A stretch of DNA of 64,000 nucleotides, taken from contig NZ_CP015249.1 of the NCBI RefSeq assembly GCF_001632775.1, positions 288,686 through 352,685 on the forward strand, read 5' to 3'. Both the position numbers and the translations under genes were made by a program. The notes below the pieces were generated by a model that ran no database searches, was not told the DNA's origin, and worked only from the letters and a program-made list of their open reading frames with translations. Origin of the DNA: Dokdonella koreensis DS-123. GTDB lineage: Bacteria > Pseudomonadota > Gammaproteobacteria > Xanthomonadales > Rhodanobacteraceae. Position 1 is the first letter of the stretch, and the number at the start of each line of letters is the position of its first letter. Of this stretch, positions 57,991 to 64,000 are shown one piece after another.

Positions 57991-58629
57991 CTACCGGCAT
58001 GCGCGTCGCGTCAAGCAAGCCAAGACGACGAGTCCCAGTGCCATGATGAGCAAGGCCTTCGATGAAAGAGCAGGAACAGGGGGCACCGGCTGAGCGGCCT
58101 CCGTCAACGTATATGTAAATACGTTGTTCGCCGGATTGGGGTCATTGTTGCTCCAGCTATACCAGGCGTACACATCCCAACTCAGGCGCAAGGGCGCTTG
58201 GGTCGTCGAGGCATATTCGATGTCGTACGTACAAGACCGCGATTCCCCGGGTGCTAGCGAATCAAAATAGTAGGCATAAAAGAGCGCAATTCCATTGCCG
58301 GGAAGCGGCTCGGTGATGAATCTTTCGATTGCGCACCCATGGATGGGCGGAATCACTGAATACGCTGCCGGGCTCTGATTTATGAAATAGCTTTCCCCAT
58401 AGACGCTTACAGAGTAGTCCGTTCCGGTGTCGATCGTGTCCGGACCAAGATTGCGTACCGTCAACGTGATCGTGTTCCGTCTGTCTTGAGAAAAATAACA
58501 CGGTGATATCGAGGCGCTAACGGAAAGGTCTGAATTAGTTATCTGTGCCGACGATGGGTTGGCGAAGAGCCCCGACAGGCACAGGCAGGTGGCGAGACAA
58601 TGCAAAACCCTTTTGGATTTGATGATCAT
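57991..58629 (-). CDS. low-GC secreted DUF11/CARDB-like protein with a PEP-CTERM-like C-terminal tail
   Basis: ~50% GC. Signal peptide MIIKSKRVLHCLATCLCLSGLFANPSSAQ. TITLTVRNLGPDTIDTGTDYSVSVYG is CARDB/DUF11-like. C-terminal PVPPVPALSSKALLIMALGLVVLACLTRRACR (Pro-rich, then a TM helix and a basic tail). Confidence 0.55.
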   Translation of the reverse strand: MIIKSKRVLHCLATCLCLSGLFANPSSAQITNSDLSVSASISPCYFSQDRRNTITLTVRNLGPDTIDTGTDYSVSVYGESYFINQSPAAYSVIPPIHGCAIERFITEPLPGNGIALFYAYYFDSLAPGESRSCTYDIEYASTTQAPLRLSWDVYAWYSWSNNDPNPANNVFTYTLTEAAQPVPPVPALSSKALLIMALGLVVLACLTRRACR

Positions 58630-58708
58630 GTCTTAGTAGACGATTCCGGGACACGAGTTTGTTTCATCAAATCCGCTGTAGAAAATTGTTCCATGGCGGG
58701 CCTGCCGC

Positions 58709-59218
58709 CTAACCCGCCATCCACGTCAGTGCCAGCGCCTCGTGCTGCGCGATGAAAGGCGCCTTGCCGTCGCCGTAGCCGCCGATATCGGCCGGAAACT
58801 GCGATGCCAGGCGCGCCTTGAGCGCGCCGTATTCGCGCCGAACCTCGGGGAAGTGAGCCAGGTAATCCCGGAAGGCCAGGTGCCGCAGGACGTTCGCGTC
58901 GCCGCGCCGGAATGCGTGGATGTGATGGGTGCGGTTGGACCCGCCCTTGCGGAAGTAGCGCCGGCCGGGGATGCCGAACTCGCCCATCACCTCGTAGCCC
59001 AGCGCCTCGAACGCCGGCGCCTTGCGGTCCAGCGCGTCGAGCGCATCCACTTCCAGCAGGATGTCGATGATCGGTTTCGCCGCCAGGCCCGGCACGGACG
59101 TGCTTCCGATGTGGTGGATCGTGCCCGCGACATCGCCCAGCGCATCACGCAGCGCCGCGCGCTCCGCCTCGAACAGGGCCGGCCAGCGGGGATCGTAGGG
59201 GACGACGGCGATCTTCAT
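58709..59218 (-). CDS. GrpB family protein (UPF0157)
   Basis: Internal ATG (complement of 59216..59218). HHIGSTSVPGLAAKPIIDILLEV is the GrpB nucleotidyltransferase-fold signature. Confidence 0.8.
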   Translation of the reverse strand: MKIAVVPYDPRWPALFEAERAALRDALGDVAGTIHHIGSTSVPGLAAKPIIDILLEVDALDALDRKAPAFEALGYEVMGEFGIPGRRYFRKGGSNRTHHIHAFRRGDANVLRHLAFRDYLAHFPEVRREYGALKARLASQFPADIGGYGDGKAPFIAQHEALALTWMAG

Positions 59219-59324
59219 GAGGGCATCGGGTAGCGAACTGCGCGGCGTCCAGCGGATGGGATGGCCGGTACACGATGACGGCTCTCGCGTCGGCTGACGG
59301 ATCACGACGAATGGGCGCCGTAGC

Positions 59325-60371
59325 TTACGGCATGCGTCCCGGAGTCCGGGGCGGCAAGACCCCGATCTCCCCCAGCCAGTTCTCGACCAGCGAAGGCCAG
59401 ATCGCAAGCGGGCGCTCCGTTATCCGGAGCGCGAAGGCGTGCCCGCCCTTGGCGAAGAGATGGACTTCCGACGGGACGCCCGCGGCATCGAGCGCCCGCG
59501 CATAGAGCGTGCTGTTGCAGATCGGGTCGACCGGATCGTCCCAGGCCTGCAGCAGGAACGTCGGCGGCGTCTTCTTGGTGACGCGGATGCCGGGATCGAG
59601 CGTCTTCCCGCCGCGACACAGGTGGCCCGGGTAGAGCGCGATGGCAAAATCCGGGCGGCTGCTGACGCGATCGATCGCATCGACCGGCGCATAGGCGGCC
59701 TCGAAGATCGTGCTGGTCTGCGCCACGAGGTACCCGCCCGCCGAGAAGCCGATCACGCCGATCTTGTGCGGATCCACATGCAGCGCCTGCGCCTGTGCGC
59801 GGACCTGCCTGATGGTGCGCTGCGCATCCTGCAGCGCGCGGGGCACCTTCGGCGTGACCGCGCAATCGCAGGCCTTGTCGTAGTGGTGATTGCTCTTGGG
59901 AACGCGGTATTTCGACAGGATGCACGTCATGCCCCTGGACGTGATCCAGTTGCAGATCTCGGTGCCCTGCTTGGTGACGACCACGGCCCTGAACCCGCCC
60001 CCCGGAAACACGATCATCGCGACACCGGTGTTCTCGCCCTTGGGTGGGAACACCGTCATCGTCGGCGTGCTGACGTCCCAGGCCGCCTCGGACGTATGCC
60101 CCTCCAGCGCATCCGGCGTTTCCGCAATCTCCACCCGCTCGCCGGGCTGGGGAACGCCCGTCATGTCGGGCGCCTCGCCGGGCCAGATCGGGACCTGCTT
60201 CAATCCGGCCGGTGGCTGCCACACGTCGGCCCTCCAGGTGTTGGGCTTTTGCGGCTCGGCCGTGGCGGGCGCTTGCGGCGGGGCGGCTTCAGCCTTCCGT
60301 GCCGTCCCGCTGCCGACGACGAGGCTCAACGCCACCAGGACACATACCGGAAGCGATCCGATTCGGAGCAT
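59325..60371 (-). CDS. secreted alpha/beta-hydrolase esterase (348 aa)
   Basis: Internal ATG (complement of 60369..60371). Signal peptide MLRIGSLPVCVLVALSLVVGSGTA. HGGG-like IVFPGGGF and nucleophile elbow GFSAGG. Confidence 0.8.
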   Translation of the reverse strand: MLRIGSLPVCVLVALSLVVGSGTARKAEAAPPQAPATAEPQKPNTWRADVWQPPAGLKQVPIWPGEAPDMTGVPQPGERVEIAETPDALEGHTSEAAWDVSTPTMTVFPPKGENTGVAMIVFPGGGFRAVVVTKQGTEICNWITSRGMTCILSKYRVPKSNHHYDKACDCAVTPKVPRALQDAQRTIRQVRAQAQALHVDPHKIGVIGFSAGGYLVAQTSTIFEAAYAPVDAIDRVSSRPDFAIALYPGHLCRGGKTLDPGIRVTKKTPPTFLLQAWDDPVDPICNSTLYARALDAAGVPSEVHLFAKGGHAFALRITERPLAIWPSLVENWLGEIGVLPPRTPGRMP

Positions 60372-60684
60372 GGTCGATCCTCTCTTGATCGAACGGACAG
60401 TGACGGCGGGCCCGTGACGAGCGCCCAGGACCTGGTTTCTGGAATGGCTTCTCGCGCGCCTGGCACCCAAGCCAGGCCAGGCGTGGCCGGGCGACAGGGC
60501 CGGGAGCGTGCGGCGAAACGCGACCGGCCACAAGATCGATCGGGCGCTGCCGAGGTGCGAGAACGGTGCCGTCATGAACCTGCCCGAACGCGGTCCGCTC
60601 CCGGCCATCGTCAGGCCATGCGGCAGCCTCGGGCGCTATCGGGACCATCGCCACCAGCACGCACGGCGCGCGGTGAGCCTACGG

Positions 60685-60927
60685 CTACCTGCGCCGCGTC
60701 CACTGCGCCGCATCCAGGCACGCGCCCACCTGTCGCGCCATCGGGCCGAAGCATTGCACCAGCATGGCCGGCGTCAGCGGCAGCACCGTATCGGGCCGGT
60801 CGTCGCTCGGCGAGCGCGGCGCCGCCAGCCGCTCCAGCAACTGATCGCGCACGGCACGCAGCGCCACGTAGGCCTCCTCCGGCAGGCGATAGTGGCTCGC
60901 CGGTGCCGATTCGTCCTCATCGTTCAC
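60685..60927 (-). CDS. small hypothetical protein (80 aa)
   Basis: High-GC ORF downstream of the 61030..61617 gene. No domain recognised. Confidence 0.35.
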   Translation of the reverse strand: MNDEDESAPASHYRLPEEAYVALRAVRDQLLERLAAPRSPSDDRPDTVLPLTPAMLVQCFGPMARQVGACLDAAQWTRRR

Positions 60928-61029
60928 GGGATTCTCCTTGGGACGCCGGGGCGTCCTCCGGGCCGACCTTTGCCGGCGTCGGGCAAGGGCGCACCGCAGC
61001 GGTGCGCCCCCGGTCCTTGGGTGGGCGCC

Positions 61030-61617
61030 TTACACCTTCGCCTTGCGCCGCCGCGGCTTCTTTTCCGGTTCCGGCTCCGGGATCGGCCGGTTGTTGGCGT
61101 CGAACTTCGGCTCCGGCTTGTACTTGCGCTTGAACACCGGTGCCAGGAACACCTCGTCGTACAGCGCCTGCAAGCGCTGGTGCGCGCGATAGGCCAGGCC
61201 GCACGCCTCCACCATGACCAGTTGGTGTTCGCTGGCCACGTCCATCCAGTCCTCCAGCATCTTCTTGCCGTCCGGGTACTGCACCGCCGCGCGCAGTGCA
61301 TCCTCCGATTCCAGCAAGGCCGCCATCGCCCAGCGCCGCCGGCGCGACTGCTCGCTGCGCGGATCGACCAGGTCCTTCTCCCACGCTTCCATCTCCGCCA
61401 CCGACATCGCCGGCGGATGGCAGAACAGCGGGGAGTAGCCCTTCATCAAGATGCCGTCCTCGCTCTGGATGTCCGGCGTCAGGTCCGTGCGCGGCGGCGC
61501 TTCGCGGTAGATCTCCCGCGGCCAGTTGCCCAGCCACATCGGCTTCTGGTTGGCCGTGACGTTCTTGGAAAACCGCACGATGCCGCCGATCGGCGGTGCG
61601 ATGGTCATGTGCTTCAT
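61030..61617 (-). CDS. hypothetical protein with a Lys/Pro-rich basic C-terminal tail (195 aa)
   Basis: Internal ATG (complement of 61615..61617) with a GAGGTG RBS gives MKHMTIAPPIGGIVRF... The C-terminus is EPEPEKKPRRRKAKV. Confidence 0.45.
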   Translation of the reverse strand: MKHMTIAPPIGGIVRFSKNVTANQKPMWLGNWPREIYREAPPRTDLTPDIQSEDGILMKGYSPLFCHPPAMSVAEMEAWEKDLVDPRSEQSRRRRWAMAALLESEDALRAAVQYPDGKKMLEDWMDVASEHQLVMVEACGLAYRAHQRLQALYDEVFLAPVFKRKYKPEPKFDANNRPIPEPEPEKKPRRRKAKV

Positions 61618-61837
61618 GGCGTTCACCTCGTTCCTTGGTGTGTGAAGGAATCCGCGAGGACAGCGGAGATTTCCGCATCCGGCGGAACACGCAACACGCC
61701 GGCGCACGCGCGCCGGAGTGCCGGGAGGCTAGAACCGCACACAGACGGTGGGCGTATTTCCCCTTGCGGGGTGTTGTATTGGCCGCCCTCCCGGCGCAGG
61801 AAATGCACCGAGACGTGCGCTCAAGATTCTGAGGGCA

Positions 61838-61867
61838 CAAAAAACCCACCGGATTGTCGGAGGTGGG
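61838..61867 (-). terminator. Rho-independent terminator on the minus strand at the end of the low-GC cassette-like array
   Basis: Minus strand reads CACCCACC-TCCGACAATCCG-GTGGGTTTTTTGTG. Confidence 0.5.
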
Positions 61868-62028
61868 TGCCGCTGTGTGAAGGAGGTTCTAGACTCCGGG
61901 AACGACTTTGCGCGTGATGGGAGGGGTTGTCAATCCCGTTTGTTTCTTTGTGGCGAAGTTCTGAGCTGGTTGTGGCGAACCGCTATGAAGGGCTGGTTTC
62001 GGCCAGAAGCGGTCAGGCTGCAACGCCT

Positions 62029-62085
62029 GAGTCAAGCCGCGCCCCGAAGCGGCGTCGGCTTGAAAGAATTCTTATGCCCGACGCC
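62029..62085. repeat. conserved ~55-bp imperfect palindrome (attC-like), copy 1
   Basis: GAGTCAAGCCGCGCCCCGAAGCGGCGTCGGCTTGAAAGAATTCTTATGCCCGACG. The arms TCAAGCCG and CGGCTTGA are complementary. It overlaps the 3' end of the 62072..62662 ORF. Confidence 0.55.
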
Positions 62086-62662
62086 TGCTCTCCACAAACC
62101 GCGCGGCAGCCCGCTTCAACGAGAACAAGCGCCCTCCCTTGCTGTTGTAGCTGAGGTCGAGCAAACCCAGATCCACCAATGTGGTGAGGTCATCTTCCAA
62201 GAAGCGCGGATCGTCCACTCGAAGGGCTACGTTTCCTGGACCATCCACCGCATAGAGTGACGTCCCAGCAAGGCTGTGACTTTCCAGTACCTTACTCGCG
62301 CCAGAATCGTAGAACTGCTCGAGCAAGGAGATCGCCTGAGCTGAAAGAGTAGATGCTGGATGTGCGGCCTCGGCAATTGCCCGATATGAGTCGAATCCGG
62401 CAGCAAAGCTGGCCATCGACTTGTCTAAAGATCGGAGGCGCTCAAGAATCTCAGCCTGACTCTCTCCGAGCAACGCTTTTATGCCGATTGTAGTGGTCGT
62501 GTTGAGCTCAAGAAGTGATCTAATCTCATCGTGACGCTGCTCGGACAGCCAGCTCATGAAGGAGTCGAATGACTTTGATTCATTCGCGCCACGATGAGCT
62601 ACGAAGTCGGCCAAGAGGCTGACAATGGTTGCGAATGCTGTGGCAGCTGACACTGGGTCCAT
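62072..62662 (-). CDS. cassette-like ORF of unknown function (196 aa), low GC
   Basis: ATG (complement of 62660..62662). ~52% GC. No domain recognised. Confidence 0.5.
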   Translation of the reverse strand: MDPVSAATAFATIVSLLADFVAHRGANESKSFDSFMSWLSEQRHDEIRSLLELNTTTTIGIKALLGESQAEILERLRSLDKSMASFAAGFDSYRAIAEAAHPASTLSAQAISLLEQFYDSGASKVLESHSLAGTSLYAVDGPGNVALRVDDPRFLEDDLTTLVDLGLLDLSYNSKGGRLFSLKRAAARFVESRRRA

Positions 62663-62676
62663 AGGGCATCACGCTT

Positions 62677-62735
62677 GAGTTAAGCTGCGCTGAGAAGCGG
62701 CGTCGGCTTGAATGAGTTGTTATGCGTCACTGCCA
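62677..62735. repeat. attC-like imperfect palindrome, copy 2
   Basis: GAGTTAAGCTGCGCTGAGAAGCGGCGTCGGCTTGAATGAGTTGTTATGCGTCACT, about 80% identical to copies 1 and 3. It lies between the 62727..63608 and 62072..62662 ORFs and ends in GTTATGC (GTTRRRY-like). Confidence 0.55.
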
Positions 62736-63608
62736 CGCCAACGCATCTAGATCTGGATGTGTGCCAAGAAGCTTTTCTATCCGATCCTTCGCCTTTTGTG
62801 TTAACGGATGGCGCTGCCCCGGAGAGGAGAGAAAAGCTGCTGTCTTAGCTAGTAGCCATGCAGTGAACTCTTGCGCCTCGAGCTTTAGGAGATCACGCAC
62901 CACCTCACCAAGATGATCTTTGCCTGGGTCTAGAACTTCTCCGTGCTCAGCAGTGAAGCCTAGCGCCGCGAACTTTGCGCTGTCACTTTGAGTGACGCGA
63001 CCCTGATTATGGGAAAGCGTGTGACGCATCTGAAATACGCATTGTATGGCACGCACTCGGCCAGCAAGTGGGCCGTTAAGATTGCTAGGAGTGTAGCGCT
63101 TGGCTCCTATCATCATGCTGGTTGCGTCATCGACTGCGTCCAAGCTGTGAAACAGCTGGTGTTCGAAGATCAGAGACACAAACGATGTCGAGCCTTGCGC
63201 AAGCCACAAAACTTTCGCGTCAACGCTACCCTTCACCTTCTGCGGCGCCACATATCTCCGAAGTGACCTTGCCAAGGCGATCGCCGAGCTTTTATAGAAC
63301 ACTTCGAATCCGTTGATTGCCTCTAGGAGGGACTGTTGCTCCGTGTACCACCGATACTTCCGGTAGACACTGTCCTTAGGTCCTCGTCCATTCGGGTCAA
63401 TTTGCCTCTTTGCTGTAGTCAGTTCGGTATGCCTGGTATCGATCCAGCGAAGGAAATTCTGCTGGTTCCGCAGAAGGGCTTCGAACTGAAGAAGTGGCGA
63501 GAGGTCGGATTGGCGCGCTAGATGGCGAACATCTTGTGCCGAGGTTGTTGCGACCTCGGTTCTTGAATCGAATGGCTGAATGTTGCCGGCACCTTGTGTC
63601 CTCGGCAT
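62727..63608 (-). CDS. cassette-like ORF of unknown function (293 aa), low GC; contains an R-x4-H (HEPN-like) motif
   Basis: ATG (complement of 63606..63608). The motif is QMRHTLSHNQG. No confident family assignment. Confidence 0.5.
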   Translation of the reverse strand: MPRTQGAGNIQPFDSRTEVATTSAQDVRHLARQSDLSPLLQFEALLRNQQNFLRWIDTRHTELTTAKRQIDPNGRGPKDSVYRKYRWYTEQQSLLEAINGFEVFYKSSAIALARSLRRYVAPQKVKGSVDAKVLWLAQGSTSFVSLIFEHQLFHSLDAVDDATSMMIGAKRYTPSNLNGPLAGRVRAIQCVFQMRHTLSHNQGRVTQSDSAKFAALGFTAEHGEVLDPGKDHLGEVVRDLLKLEAQEFTAWLLAKTAAFLSSPGQRHPLTQKAKDRIEKLLGTHPDLDALAWQ

Positions 63609-63623
63609 TTAACCTCCCCTGTG

Positions 63624-63682
63624 ACGCTAAGCCGCGCCGCGAAGGGGCGTCGGCTTGAATTAATTGTTAGCCATCTGCTCAA
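63624..63682. repeat. attC-like imperfect palindrome, copy 3
   Basis: GACGCTAAGCCGCGCCGCGAAGGGGCGTCGGCTTGAATTAATTGTTAGCCATCTGC. The outer GCTAA...TTAGC pairs and the inner GCCGCGCC...GGCGTCGGC pairs. It ends in GTTAGCC. Confidence 0.55.
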
Positions 63683-63951
63683 CGAGCATAGGCCGCCACG
63701 TAATCATGTTTCTTCTCGTTCCACTGGAACCTCAGCTCACGCACCGCCGAAGAGTCATCGGCGAAGACACTGAAGAGCGCTATCAGGTCTTGGATGGCGA
63801 ACTCGTATGCCCACTTGTGACGCATGAAATCCGAGAAGACGAGCATGCCCTTGAACGTAGTGCCCTCAGACCAAGTTTGCATCCAATAGTAGTGGATAAG
63901 CTGGTTGCAAACATCGAGGACGCCAAGCTCCGACGACTCCGGATTAGACAT
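63679..63951 (-). CDS. cassette-like small ORF (90 aa), low GC
   Basis: ATG (complement of 63949..63951). MSNPESSELGVLDVCNQLIHYYWMQTWSEG... No domain recognised. Confidence 0.45.
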   Translation of the reverse strand: MSNPESSELGVLDVCNQLIHYYWMQTWSEGTTFKGMLVFSDFMRHKWAYEFAIQDLIALFSVFADDSSAVRELRFQWNEKKHDYVAAYAR

Positions 63952-64000
63952 GTCGAATCGGTCTTCGGGGAACCCAGAACCTACGAAAGTGAAAGGCCTG

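Noticed and set aside
1-64000. CRISPR arrays, rRNA genes, and IS or transposase genes
   Set aside because: No regularly spaced short direct repeats were found. No 16S or 23S signature sequences and no transposase- or integrase-like ORF lie anywhere in the window. The only repeat families seen are those reported above.

Overview
High-GC (~68-70%) chromosomal window, probably from a Xanthomonadaceae-like gammaproteobacterium, mixing core genes with several accessory or horizontally acquired patches. Read left to right the window contains the following. (1) The 5' half of a bufferin-type RiPP locus: a DUF2282 Cys-rich precursor, then the N-terminus of a DUF692/MNIO enzyme running off the window edge, with a divergent DoxX gene. 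(2) ccmABCDE heme-export genes (no ccmFGH downstream). (3) Two secreted hypothetical proteins. (4) A 1490-aa signal-peptide-bearing RHS/YD-repeat toxin whose low-GC C-terminal tip carries an HExxH motif, followed by an overlapping immunity gene and an orphan lipoprotein gene. (5) A Tat-signal FAD-linked oxidase. (6) Two ECF-sigma/TPR Ser-Thr-kinase modules flanking a divergent pair of secreted delta-60/beta-propeller repeat proteins. (7) An MrfA/MrfB-like (YprA/YprB) DEAD-box helicase and RNase-H-fold exonuclease pair. (8) A low-GC islet with a solitary PemK/MazF-like ORF and a structured terminator region. (9) Flavin reductase, aldo-keto reductase, RtcB RNA ligase and an SPFH/band-7 protein. 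(10) Two abutting tRNA-like elements, one with an Asn GUU anticodon loop and both apparently degenerate, followed by a 1.6-kb repeat-rich non-coding region with 70-bp inverted repeats, 107-bp tandem repeats and a terminator. (11) yceH and a DUF1428 gene. (12) Two tandem secreted beta-propeller paralogues. (13) A blaI/blaR1-like pair in which BlaR1 lacks a PBP sensor domain. (14) RNase P RNA (rnpB). (15) A translationally coupled WYL-regulator/patatin phospholipase pair. (16) yqhA. (17) A CHASE3 histidine kinase, receiver and hybrid kinase cluster. (18) A 2OG-Fe(II) oxygenase and a 1246-aa lipoprotein with a low-GC core. (19) fbp, a PhyH dioxygenase, a GST, a low-GC DUF11-like protein with a PEP-CTERM-like tail, GrpB and a secreted esterase. 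(20) From about 61.9 kb to the window end, a low-GC array of small ORFs, each followed by a conserved ~55-bp imperfect palindrome, which resembles an integron cassette array. No CRISPR array or rRNA was seen. All calls come from manual reading of the ORF translations and the DNA; no database searches were run.
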